A stretch of 34,036 nucleotides of DNA from a virus. Below the pieces are notes generated by a model. It had not been told where the DNA came from, ran no database searches, and worked only from the letters and a program-made list of their open reading frames with translations. A program made the position numbers and the translations under genes. This document shows positions 25,488-33,989 of this stretch, piece after piece (the stretch's first letter is position 1; each line of letters starts with the position of its first letter). The DNA lies in the IMG/VR virus record IMGVR_UViG_2599185304_000001. The stretch is one strand, 5' to 3'.

Positions 25488-26265
25488 GTTCATCCCCTCC
25501 GCCGGCTGCAGCACGCAGACCATGGGCCAGGCCGGCCTGGACTACATGGTGTTTGGGGAGGCGTATTTCTATCGCGACACCAATGCGTTCGGCCAGGTCC
25601 TGGAGATGCAGCACCTGCCGACGATCAACATGCGGGTGAAAGTGGATGGCGGCTACCGGATGCTGCTGCCGGATAACAAGTACCTGGACTTCGACCAGGA
25701 CGAGATCGAGCACGTCATGGATTACGACGTAGAACAGAACATTTACGGCGTGCCGGACTACCTCGGTGGCTTACAGGCACTGTTACTCAACGAAGCCGCG
25801 ACACTGTTCCGTCGGCGGTATTACAGCAACGGCGCTCATGCGGGTTACATCTTCTACACGAACGACCCGGACCTAACAGAAGAGGACGAAGATGAGCTGC
25901 GCGCACAGATCAGCGCCAGTAAAGGGGTGGGCAACTTCCGCTCGATGTTCGTCAACATCCCCAACGGTAAGGAGAACGCTATTCAGATCATCCCCGTGGG
26001 GGACTTCCAGGCGAAGGACGAGCTGGAAAAGGTAAAGAACATCACCCGTAACGATGTGATCGCCGCGTGGCGTATGAATCCAGCACTGGCGGGGATCATT
26101 CCCGAAAACGGCGGCGGGTTTGGCGATATCGAAAAGATTGATCGAGTTTACACAAGCAACGAGATCAGACCGATTTGCCAGCTCTTCAGCCAAATCAACA
26201 ACGCCTTGCGGCAAGACCGCAGGATTGAATGGAGAACACCTACAACCGTGGAAACAGTCGAATAA
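25234..26265 (+). CDS. Portal protein (P2 gpQ family)
   Basis: FTFGEPEQVLSG...YKPPVSRPGLAKLLRAN resembles the gpQ N-terminus. It follows the terminase gene. Confidence 0.85.
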   Translation: MSKPRHKKRQVAQQARQQQPMRAFTFGEPEQVLSGNIGEYLGVFPSDDGEIYKPPVSRPGLAKLLRANAHHGAIPKFKRNLLLREFIPSAGCSTQTMGQAGLDYMVFGEAYFYRDTNAFGQVLEMQHLPTINMRVKVDGGYRMLLPDNKYLDFDQDEIEHVMDYDVEQNIYGVPDYLGGLQALLLNEAATLFRRRYYSNGAHAGYIFYTNDPDLTEEDEDELRAQISASKGVGNFRSMFVNIPNGKENAIQIIPVGDFQAKDELEKVKNITRNDVIAAWRMNPALAGIIPENGGGFGDIEKIDRVYTSNEIRPICQLFSQINNALRQDRRIEWRTPTTVETVE

Positions 26266-26338
26266 CGGACCCAAAAAGAGAATTTTTTTGCATGTTGCGA
26301 TAGGATGATGGCAATTTGATTCACCCTGGGGAGGGAAT

Positions 26339-26596
26339 ATGCGAGTCACTTGTAAATGCGGACACAAAGGCAGGATTGCATCCCGCGAGGCACTGTCTAC
26401 GGACTTCGCCAAGCTGTATTGCCAGTGTCTCGATGCCAAATGTGGGCACACCTGGGTGTCGAATCTTACCTTCTCTCACACGCTCAGCCCGTCGGCTCAA
26501 ACGTTCGACAGGCTGCTCTTGGACCGGCTGATGGAATTACCTAGGGCACAACAACGTGAGCTGTTTGAAAGGCTGGGATCGCATGCTGGCGCATGA
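26339..26596 (+). CDS. ogr: Ogr/Delta-family zinc-finger late transcription activator
   Basis: C5-x-C7, then 22 residues, then C30-x4-C35. 85 aa. SD GGAGGG. Confidence 0.75.
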   Translation: MRVTCKCGHKGRIASREALSTDFAKLYCQCLDAKCGHTWVSNLTFSHTLSPSAQTFDRLLLDRLMELPRAQQRELFERLGSHAGA

Positions 26597-26632
26597 CAAA
26601 CCGCCGACTGGACAGAGCCGGCGGCTGCAGTG

Positions 26633-26818
26633 TCAGTCTCCGTCGACTTCTTCAGGGTGAGCACTCAGCGCCTCGGTCAGCCTCCGTAAATGTTCCTGCT
26701 CGCGCTTACTCAGCCGTCGAAAGAGCCCAATCAATCGACGCTCAAGATACGAAAGCTCATCCCCTGCGGATGTCAAAATTTCAACGGTACCGACGTCGGC
26801 GTTCATGCGATCCAACAT
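26633..26818 (-). CDS. 61-aa protein resembling the C-terminal segment of the adjacent repressor, without an HTH
   Basis: Strong SD (AAGGAG, 8-nt spacing). aa 22-53 align without gaps to repressor aa 78-109 with 11 of 32 identities. Confidence 0.6.
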   Translation of the reverse strand: MLDRMNADVGTVEILTSAGDELSYLERRLIGLFRRLSKREQEHLRRLTEALSAHPEEVDGD

Positions 26819-26920
26819 GCTTGTTACTCCTTACAGTGCATTGCTGAATCGGCTTTATCGGACGGGAAGCGCGGAGAGTTATGAATGCCAGATCAGACGA
26901 TGCGCATGCTGTGTAACAAC

Positions 26921-27277
26921 CTACCTCGCCCCCCCTTCGGTAGCGGCGGCGTTTGCCAACGCACTGACGTAGCGCCGAATCGCCCTCTGGTCCTCATCCG
27001 GCAGGTTTTGGTACTGCTTGATCAGAATATCTTCAACCTGGCTCAGGGCACTGCTGGCAAGCGTCGTTCGAACTCCAGTGAGGATGTACGAGACATCGAA
27101 GCCAAATTCATTGGCGACTCTGCTCAGGTAAGAGGCAGTGGCGTCGCTCGTTCCAGATTCCCAGTTTGCCTGCGTCCGTTTGGCGATTCCGAGGGCTTCG
27201 GCGACCTGGAGCTGCGTGAGTCCACATCGCTTGCGCTCCTGCTGGAGGCGAGAACCTATCTCTTCAGAAAGATGCAC
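26921..27277 (-). CDS. XRE-family HTH immunity repressor (CI/C-like), no S24 peptidase domain
   Basis: LTQLQVAEALGIAKRTQANWESG helix-turn-helix. Divergent from the cro-like gene. GTG start. Confidence 0.8.
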   Translation of the reverse strand: MHLSEEIGSRLQQERKRCGLTQLQVAEALGIAKRTQANWESGTSDATASYLSRVANEFGFDVSYILTGVRTTLASSALSQVEDILIKQYQNLPDEDQRAIRRYVSALANAAATEGGAR

Positions 27278-27360
27278 TTTTTTTCATCCTTAGTATTTAC
27301 AAGTGCACCTAAGTGCATCATTGTGCATCTCACACCACATGAAATTGCACGGATCTGCAC
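27271..27360. promoter_or_regulatory. Immunity switch region with six phased TGCA(C/T) operator-like direct repeats
   Basis: TGCAC/TGCAT at 27273, 27304, 27314, 27324, 27346 and 27356, spaced 31, 10, 10, 22 and 10 nt. AAGTGCA occurs twice and TTGTGCA once. Confidence 0.55.
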
Positions 27361-27361
27361 T

Positions 27362-27574
27362 ATGCCCAACTCAAGCATCACCGAGCAAGCTCGCCAGAAA
27401 GCGCGTGAAGCGCTGGAAATGCGGGGACAGTCGGTAAAAGACTTCGCTGAAAAACACCAACTGAATGCCAGCACCGTTTACGCGGTACTGAGTGGCCAAA
27501 GCCAATGTCGCCGAGGGGAGGCACACCGCGCTGCCGTCTTGCTTGGAATCAAAAACGGCGTGATTGCACAGTAA
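27362..27574 (+). CDS. Cro/Ner-like small DNA-binding regulator
   Basis: 70 aa, first rightward gene opposite the repressor. HTH-like segment SVKDFAEKHQLNASTVYAVLSG. Confidence 0.55.
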   Translation: MPNSSITEQARQKAREALEMRGQSVKDFAEKHQLNASTVYAVLSGQSQCRRGEAHRAAVLLGIKNGVIAQ

Positions 27575-28083
27575 TGGCCAGCGTTCTGAGGGACCAGCAG
27601 AAAATGACCAATCCAGTTCTAAAAACTCGGCGTGAAGTCGTCAGCGCCATCATTTGCAGTTATCCAGGCGGCCGCGAATGCGCGGCCGCACGGATCGGTT
27701 TGCCGCTGAAAAAATTCGATAACCACGCCTACGAAAACAACAACTGCAGGCCGCTGACCGATATCCAAATCCGCCAGTTGGAACAGGAAACAGGAACCCA
27801 CCACCTCGCCAACTACGTGGCGAAGATGTACGGGGGCATGTTCGTCCTGGTGGCCGAGCCGGATCAATTGGACAACGTCGAGATGTATGCCCGACATATG
27901 CAGGCCTCAGCGAAACAAGGCGCGGTGGACCAGATCATTGCCCAGGCGCTTGAGGACGGTTGGATTAACGAGGATGAAGCGGATCTCATCCTGAATGCTC
28001 ACACACTCCACATGGCCGCACGCACCGCAGAGGTCTATGCCGCCATCGATCTCTATCGAGCCAAATCGGAGAAAATCAAATGA
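27574..28083 (+). CDS. Phage regulatory CII-like protein (CP76-like family, from memory)
   Basis: Lies directly after the cro-like gene (TAATG overlap). The pattern AAARIGLPLKKFDNH...LTDIQIRQLEQETG fits. The start could also be ATG 27604. Confidence 0.5.
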   Translation: MASVLRDQQKMTNPVLKTRREVVSAIICSYPGGRECAAARIGLPLKKFDNHAYENNNCRPLTDIQIRQLEQETGTHHLANYVAKMYGGMFVLVAEPDQLDNVEMYARHMQASAKQGAVDQIIAQALEDGWINEDEADLILNAHTLHMAARTAEVYAAIDLYRAKSEKIK

Positions 28084-28445
28084 TCGCCTTGCCTGCAGTG
28101 ATGGAATATCAAGACATGTTGCAGAACGCTGCGCTGGCATTTCTTGAGCGGCACCAGTGCGAACACTTGAACGACGATCAACAGCTATTCAGCCGGGCCG
28201 TGCAACACCTGGTAGCGGACTACGACGTGCTGACACAGCTCGCTGAAAAGATCGTGCACCTTGCTAACGGCGCTATGGTCGCCGTGCGTGATCGCCAACG
28301 CTTGAACATACAGAGCAGCACATCGACCCACACCGTGATTGTTGATCCTGTCACCGGCAACCAATGGGTCGTGCCGGTGAGCCTCATCTATGAGCGAATT
28401 ATCAACGCACCGGATATCGGGCGCTTTCGCTTAGCCAACTCGTAA
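28080..28445 (+). CDS. Hypothetical early protein (121 aa)
   Basis: ATGA overlap with the upstream gene. No motif recognised. Confidence 0.4.
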   Translation: MIALPAVMEYQDMLQNAALAFLERHQCEHLNDDQQLFSRAVQHLVADYDVLTQLAEKIVHLANGAMVAVRDRQRLNIQSSTSTHTVIVDPVTGNQWVVPVSLIYERIINAPDIGRFRLANS

Positions 28446-28520
28446 CACCAACCCCCAAGTAAACGCCTGTCCCACACCCCGTGGGTTTGGGTGAGCTGCG
28501 CCCAAAATTGAGGTTTCAAG

Positions 28521-28760
28521 ATGGGAAACATCGTGATTTTGACCACCCAGCTGCCACCTGCAGAAGCCGAGGCGCTTCTGGTTGCCATACGTGAGCAGTA
28601 CCGCTTGAGCCTCAACGACTACTGGTACGCAGATGAATACCGGTATGTGCCGCAGGAAAAAAGGCACAGCTCGATTCTTGAAAAAACCCCGGTGATGGCC
28701 GCGCAAAAACGCCTGATGGCGGCCCTCTCCCTAAGCCTCAAAGCAGTGAAGCAATCATGA
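28521..28760 (+). CDS. Hypothetical early protein (79 aa)
   Basis: Overlaps the start of the primase/helicase gene (ATGA). Confidence 0.4.
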   Translation: MGNIVILTTQLPPAEAEALLVAIREQYRLSLNDYWYADEYRYVPQEKRHSSILEKTPVMAAQKRLMAALSLSLKAVKQS

Positions 28761-31543
28761 AAGAAGACCTACGTCACGATGTTCTCCAGCGCATCGAATC
28801 CGATTTCGGGCTCAAGCACCGCGCCCAAACGAAGTACATGCGTGGCGGGACCTGCCCAAAGTGCAACAAGAGGGAGCTTTACACCCGGTACGACAGCCCT
28901 TGGCAGCTCATTTGCGGCAGGCAGGAAAAGTGTGGTCACACGCTTCATGTGAAAGAGATCTACGACGACCTGTTTGAAGACTGGAGCAAGCGCGCACCGG
29001 CGACCGAAAGCGCTCCTACAGCGACCGCACGGGCATATCTTGAGTTTGCCCGCGGCTTCAATATTTCGCTGATCACAGGATGGTTTACCCAAGAAACCTT
29101 TTATTCCATCCATGATCAGGCGGGCAGTGCAACTGTGCGTTTCGCCCTGGAAAAGGGCGGATATTGGGAACGCCTCATAGACCGGCCTGCCCGATTCGGA
29201 AAAATGAAAGCTCGCTTCAAGCCGGGTGAATCCTACCGGGGCGTGTGGTGGTGCCCACCATGCGTGGATCTGCTTGAGGTCAAAGAGATCTGGATTGTAG
29301 AAGGGATCTTTGACGCGATCGCATTGGTTCATAACGGCTTTTCTGCCGTGTCCGCAATGTCATCGAACGCCTTCCCCGAGGAGTCGCTGAAAGCGCTGCT
29401 GCGCGATCGCACCGACAAGTTGCCGAAGCTCGTGTGGGCTTTGGATAACGAACCAGGTGCCCATACCTACACCCGCCGCTGGGTCCGACAGGCGCGTGAA
29501 ATGGGGTTCGTCTGCGAAGCAGGACAGATCCCTCAGCGCGACGGCCGCAAGGTCGATTGGAACGACCTGCATCAGCGCTGGGCCTTCATCGAAGACGATG
29601 AAAAGCGAGCCGCCCAGATCGCTACAGAAATAAAACAGATCCGCCACCAGGGCGCGCTGCTGATCGCTGAAAGCGCCGCCGAAAAGGCACTCCTGATGTA
29701 CGACTGGAACAAGCGCGGCGAATTCCACCTGGGCTTCGGCAACCGCCTCTATTGGTTCAAGTTGGACATGGAGAAATACAACCGTGCGATCCAGGACCTC
29801 GAGGACAGTGAACGCCACGACGATCAACTGCTGAACCAATCTCAAATGCGCGAAAAGGCGCTGCAGCAGTCCGGAAGCGTGGTGGAAATCGCCAACTGCT
29901 ACCCGCAAGCATTGTACTTCCAGCGGAACGAAGTCACCGACGAGTCCTGGTACTACCTACGTGTGGACTTCCCCCATGACGCCGGCAGCGTCAAGAACAC
30001 CTTCACCAGCGGTCAGCTCGCCGCCGCCAGCGAGTTCAAAAAGCGACTGCTAGGGATGGCCGCTGGCGCCATGTACACCGGCAGCGGCCAGCAGCTGGAC
30101 AAGCTCATGAAAGACCAGCTCTATGGCATCAAGACCGTCTCCACCATTGATTACGTGGGCTACAGCAAGGAATACGAGTGCTACATCTACGGCGACGTGG
30201 CTATCAAGGATGGCAACGTTTACCCGGTGAACAGTGAGGACTATTTCGAGTTCGGGAAAATGCGCCTCAAGACCCTGCAAAAGGGCGTGCCGGTGCAGCT
30301 GCAGCGCGATGCCAAAGGCTACGACGAGGAGTGGCTGCGCCTGCTCTGGATCTGCTTTGGCACCCAAGGATTGGCGGCTCTGCTGTTCTTCTTTGGTTCG
30401 TTGTTCTGCGAGCAGATCCGCGCCCGCTATCAGTCGTTCCCTTTCCTCGAGGCCACCGGCGAAGCGGGCGCCGGCAAGACTACTTTGCTCAACCTGCTGT
30501 GGAAGCTGCTCGGCCGTGAAGGCTATGAAGGGTTCGATCCGATGAAGTCCACCAAGGCCGGGCGGTCGCGCTTGATGGGGCAGGTGTCCGGAATGCCGGT
30601 CGTTTTCCTCGAAGCAGACCGCCATAGCGAAGATAAGGCGCATGCCAAAACCTTCGAATGGGACGAGCTGAAAGACTTTTTCGGCGGTGGCACGCTGGCG
30701 ACCAAGGGCGTCAAAACTGCGGGCAACGAAACTTACGAGCCGCCGTTTCGCGGCACGATCGCGATCAGCCAGAACGCCCCCGTGGTTGCCCACGAAGCAA
30801 TCATGACGCGCATCGTGAAGCTGCACTTCATTCGGCCGGTGGTCACCCCTGAAAGCCGCGCAGCAGCGGACAAACTCAACGCCCTGGACGGGAAGACGCT
30901 GAGCCACTTCCTCTTGCAGGCGGTACGCAAAGAGGCCGAGGTAATGGATCTATTCAGCAAGCGCTTTCCTGAGCACGAAACCAAGCTGCGTCGGCTGCAC
31001 ACGCATTGCTTCGCATGTGACACCCAGTTCAAGGGGGAAGGTGTCTGCAGTAAGTGCGGCAACAGCCTGCGGGGCTACATCGGTGTCGAGCGGATCATCA
31101 AAAACCACGCTCAGTTGCTTGCCCTTCTGGACGCCATTCGCCTGGTCACCACTTTGACCGAGGTGCAAGTCAGCTCCACGCGCCGGCAGATCGTCGAAAT
31201 GGCGCTCGAGCGGCAGAGCACCACCAATGCAGACCACAGTGCCGTGGCCGAGTTTTGGCAGGTTTATGACTATCTGGAATCGATCTACGACGAGCCCCTG
31301 GTCAACCACAGCAAGAACCCGGACGTCATCGCCATCAACCTCAACGAGTTTGCCGAGCGAGCTGCAGAGCATCGTCAGAAGCTCGCCGACGTCACCACGC
31401 TGAAAGACCTGCTCAAAGAATCCCGTAGCCACAAGTATCTCGACTACAAGGCCGTAGACAGCGCCGTGCGCTCTGCACAAGCGCTCAAGAACCCCATGGT
31501 CACCCGCTGCCCCACCGTCAAATGCTGGATTTTCAAGGCCTGA
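28757..31543 (+). CDS. Replication protein: zinc-finger/Toprim primase fused to a P-loop helicase-like domain
   Basis: CPKCNKRE...CGH zinc finger. Toprim-like IWIVEGIFDAIAL...WALDNEPGAH. Walker A GEAGAGKTT and Walker B-like VVFLEAD. A second Cys4 ribbon, CFACD...CSKCG. Confidence 0.8.
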   Translation: MKEDLRHDVLQRIESDFGLKHRAQTKYMRGGTCPKCNKRELYTRYDSPWQLICGRQEKCGHTLHVKEIYDDLFEDWSKRAPATESAPTATARAYLEFARGFNISLITGWFTQETFYSIHDQAGSATVRFALEKGGYWERLIDRPARFGKMKARFKPGESYRGVWWCPPCVDLLEVKEIWIVEGIFDAIALVHNGFSAVSAMSSNAFPEESLKALLRDRTDKLPKLVWALDNEPGAHTYTRRWVRQAREMGFVCEAGQIPQRDGRKVDWNDLHQRWAFIEDDEKRAAQIATEIKQIRHQGALLIAESAAEKALLMYDWNKRGEFHLGFGNRLYWFKLDMEKYNRAIQDLEDSERHDDQLLNQSQMREKALQQSGSVVEIANCYPQALYFQRNEVTDESWYYLRVDFPHDAGSVKNTFTSGQLAAASEFKKRLLGMAAGAMYTGSGQQLDKLMKDQLYGIKTVSTIDYVGYSKEYECYIYGDVAIKDGNVYPVNSEDYFEFGKMRLKTLQKGVPVQLQRDAKGYDEEWLRLLWICFGTQGLAALLFFFGSLFCEQIRARYQSFPFLEATGEAGAGKTTLLNLLWKLLGREGYEGFDPMKSTKAGRSRLMGQVSGMPVVFLEADRHSEDKAHAKTFEWDELKDFFGGGTLATKGVKTAGNETYEPPFRGTIAISQNAPVVAHEAIMTRIVKLHFIRPVVTPESRAAADKLNALDGKTLSHFLLQAVRKEAEVMDLFSKRFPEHETKLRRLHTHCFACDTQFKGEGVCSKCGNSLRGYIGVERIIKNHAQLLALLDAIRLVTTLTEVQVSSTRRQIVEMALERQSTTNADHSAVAEFWQVYDYLESIYDEPLVNHSKNPDVIAINLNEFAERAAEHRQKLADVTTLKDLLKESRSHKYLDYKAVDSAVRSAQALKNPMVTRCPTVKCWIFKA

Positions 31544-31558
31544 CCAGGAGGCAGATCG

Positions 31559-31849
31559 ATGCACATCCAAGTGATTGTTGAGCAGGAACCTGACAACGCG
31601 GCCCATGAAATCAGTCGCCTCAATGGCGTGATGATTCAACTGGGTTATGAAGGCCGTACAGTTTTCGCCGAAGCCTATGGCACCGAAGGGCTGGTGCAGA
31701 TCCTTGAAGTTCGAGCCAGCACTGGCCAAGGCGAAATCCTCGTCATGGGCTGTTCACGCGAACAGATCCAGGCAGTTCTGGAGTGGCAGTCCTGCCACGA
31801 CGAAGGGGAATTTGAAGACTTGGTAATTCACCTGGTGCGAAAGGCCTGA
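31559..31849 (+). CDS. Hypothetical protein (96 aa)
   Basis: ORF with SD AGGAGG upstream. No motif recognised. Confidence 0.4.
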   Translation: MHIQVIVEQEPDNAAHEISRLNGVMIQLGYEGRTVFAEAYGTEGLVQILEVRASTGQGEILVMGCSREQIQAVLEWQSCHDEGEFEDLVIHLVRKA

Positions 31850-31945
31850 GCCAATCCATCAGTCTCTGAAGCCGGCAAAGCCGGTAAATGAACGGTGCCG
31901 AGGAGTTGCAGCTCCCCGACACCAACCACCACTGGGGGCAAAACC

Positions 31946-32209
31946 ATGCAAGCACAGCACCAAAGCAGCAGCGACCCGAAGGCTACCACATCGCCGCCTG
32001 AGGTTACGCAGGCGGCACGACACCTTATGGCCGTCCGAATCGTTGGCACAGCGCTCTTCGACTACCAAGTGCAGAAAACGGCCGATGCTCGGATCCGGCT
32101 CGAGTCTGTCACCAACATGGCTCGACTGCTGGGGGATCTCGCTCCGCACGAAGCGGCGGTGGTATCAGAACTCTTGGCCAAGCCAATCACTACCGGAACA
32201 TCCCTATGA
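31946..32209 (+). CDS. Hypothetical protein (87 aa from ATG 31946)
   Basis: The track ORF opens at 31895. ATG 31946 follows a GGGGG SD-like run. Confidence 0.35.
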   Translation: MQAQHQSSSDPKATTSPPEVTQAARHLMAVRIVGTALFDYQVQKTADARIRLESVTNMARLLGDLAPHEAAVVSELLAKPITTGTSL

Positions 32210-32415
32210 GCAGCTATACCCGAACTCGGCCGGCGATGGCCAGTAAACGCCTCGACCTGCCAAGCGTTTGCGATATCTGTGGCGTTGCTCGTTCAACCCG
32301 CCGGCATCAGACCTGCAGCAAGCTACGTCAGCAAAGGAAATCAGAGGAATGGGCAGCCTTGATGGCGGAAAAACTTGCAGCTCGAGCAGCTCGGGCAAAA
32401 CGCTACGCACGCTAA
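32206..32415 (+). CDS. Hypothetical basic protein (69 aa) with C-x2-C...H-x2-C motif
   Basis: ATGA overlap with the upstream ORF. CDICGVARSTRRHQTC. Confidence 0.35.
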   Translation: MSSYTRTRPAMASKRLDLPSVCDICGVARSTRRHQTCSKLRQQRKSEEWAALMAEKLAARAARAKRYAR

Positions 32416-32519
32416 GTTTGGTCAATAGATCTCAGCAGTTTGCATCGCATTTTCTAATAACCATGCCCCGGCCGCAGGGCTAGACTGCCCGGGGTGCTTC
32501 AGTTTACAGAGGGCTAGCA

Positions 32520-32732
32520 ATGAACTCTCGATCGGACAACGTCCTGGTATTCACCGACCTGCAGCGTATTACCGGCTATCAACGCCGGTCTGATGTTGAA
32601 CGGTCGTTGATCAACCAAGGCGTTCGCCTGTTCCGTGGCCGGACCGGGCCATGGACCACGCTGGATCTCATAAACCAGGCCGCCGGTATGAAGCCAGCCA
32701 CAGCAGACAGATACGACGCCGACATCCTATGA
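32520..32732 (+). CDS. DUF4224-like small protein, candidate excisionase/recombination directionality factor
   Basis: LVFTDLQRITGYQRRSDVERSLINQGVRLF matches the remembered DUF4224 pattern. ATGA overlap with int. Confidence 0.55.
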   Translation: MNSRSDNVLVFTDLQRITGYQRRSDVERSLINQGVRLFRGRTGPWTTLDLINQAAGMKPATADRYDADIL

Positions 32733-33877
32733 GGAAAGCACGGAAGCGGAAGCACAATCCGCACATACCCGACCACATCGACCAGGCCGCTCTGCCAGCA
32801 GCCGTTTACTTTGACCATCGAAAAGGTCGGGTCTGGTACACGCTGCACTATGACGAAACGGGAAAACAGCGGCGGCGCAACATTGCGCCAGCGGACGTTT
32901 CTCTGGCTGAGCTGCACCAGATCATGGACGAAGCCTCCAACGTCGACCGTGGGACACTCCGCTACGTTTGCAGCCAGTTTCATGAGAGCGACCGTTTTAA
33001 GAAGCTCAGTCCCAAAACCCATGACGACTACAGCTATTCACGGGACGTCTTGCTGAACTTGCCCACAAAGCTGGAAAAGCCCCTTGGCGACTTAGCGGTG
33101 CGCAAGTTCACTTCCGCTCTGGTACAACGGATTGTCGACCGGCTAGCAGACGAAGGTACTCCGTCCAAAGCTGCGCATGTTCTTCGGTATCTACGGCGCG
33201 TTCTGCAGTGGGGCCGCAATCGCGGTTATCTGGACGTCAACCCCGCCCTGGGCATTGAGGCACCCGTCGAACGCAAACAACGCCGCCTGCCGGACCATCA
33301 AGTCATGGATGTCCTCATCGATCGAGCAATTGCCCGAGGCCTTCTGATACGAGGCGAAAAAGGCGGCTGTCCGGAATACCTCGGCTATGTGATGGAACTG
33401 GCGTATCTCTGCAGGCTGCGCGGAATCGAGGTCGTAACGTTAACCGACGCGAACGAGCTAGAGACCGGGATTCTGACCAACCGGAGGAAGGGGAGCCGGG
33501 ACAACATTGTTCGCTGGACACCCCGGCTCCGAAAGGCTTGGGACCACGCAAAGGCCTATCGAGCCAAAGTTTGGGCAAAACGCAAAACAGCGATACCTAT
33601 CGCACCGTCACGACGGAATATTATCGTGGCCAGCCACGGCGGCCCGCTTCGCAAGTCCAGCCTGGACACCGCCTGGCAACGCTTCATTACCCTGGCCATC
33701 GCCGACGAAATCATCACACCGGAACAACGGTTCGGCCTCCATGACCTGAAACGGCGAGGCATCACCGACACGGTAGGCAACCGGGCGGACAAACAAGAAG
33801 CAAGTGGCCACCGCGACCCCAAGATGATGGACGTCTACGACCACAGCGTACCTACTGTTTCCCCTTCTGCAGACTGA
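32729..33877 (+). CDS. int: Tyrosine recombinase (phage integrase)
   Basis: Catalytic-type residues are present: LCRLRGIE (Arg), HDLKRRG (His-x-x-Arg), GHRDPKMMDVYDH (His...Tyr). Adjacent to attR. The track ORF opens at 32651, but ATG 32729 is coupled to the upstream gene. Confidence 0.9.
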   Translation: MRKARKRKHNPHIPDHIDQAALPAAVYFDHRKGRVWYTLHYDETGKQRRRNIAPADVSLAELHQIMDEASNVDRGTLRYVCSQFHESDRFKKLSPKTHDDYSYSRDVLLNLPTKLEKPLGDLAVRKFTSALVQRIVDRLADEGTPSKAAHVLRYLRRVLQWGRNRGYLDVNPALGIEAPVERKQRRLPDHQVMDVLIDRAIARGLLIRGEKGGCPEYLGYVMELAYLCRLRGIEVVTLTDANELETGILTNRRKGSRDNIVRWTPRLRKAWDHAKAYRAKVWAKRKTAIPIAPSRRNIIVASHGGPLRKSSLDTAWQRFITLAIADEIITPEQRFGLHDLKRRGITDTVGNRADKQEASGHRDPKMMDVYDHSVPTVSPSAD

Positions 33878-33885
33878 GCAAATCG

Positions 33886-33948
33886 GACGTAATAAGCGAC
33901 ACAGGGCCCGCCTTATACGCGGGCCTTGGCGTATCTGGACGTAATAAG
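33886..33948 (+). repeat. Two copies of GACGTAATAAG, putative integrase arm-type sites (P arm)
   Basis: Copies at 33886-33896 and 33938-33948, in the same orientation as the two copies at 93-115. A GGCCCGC/GCGGGCC hairpin (33905-33925) lies between them. Confidence 0.5.
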
Positions 33949-33989
33949 AAATCACCTAAGTCATTGATTTACATCTATGAAGCACCTTC

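Noticed and set aside
26266-26338. cos site expected next to the portal gene, by analogy with P2
   Set aside because: I cannot identify a cohesive-end sequence or terminase-binding repeats by eye here or in 20514..20609. Locating cos needs virion DNA end mapping or alignment to a relative with known cos.
26601-26624. Hairpin CCGCCGACT/AGCCGGCGG between the convergent ogr-like and 61-aa genes, as a bidirectional terminator
   Set aside because: The stem has one mismatch and there is no flanking T/A-run on either strand. It is plausible but not supportable as an intrinsic terminator from sequence alone. The same applies to hairpins at 1564-1575, 31872-31884 and 32467-32495.
27278-27290. ATG at 27285-27287 (minus strand) as an alternative repressor start
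   Set aside because: It is out of frame with the repressor (ATG AAA AAA AGT GCA TCT TTC TGA) and terminates after 7 codons. The in-frame start is GTG at 27277.
26885-27361. N-terminal part of the 229-aa plus-strand ORF 26885..27574
   Set aside because: It is antisense to the XRE repressor. Only the final 70 codons, from ATG 27362, form a sensible Cro/Ner-like protein.
26819-32519. Additional LexA boxes that might control an antirepressor or the early genes
   Set aside because: Scanning the intergenic regions by eye found no further CTGT-N8-ACAG. The only SOS box is at 2389..2408.
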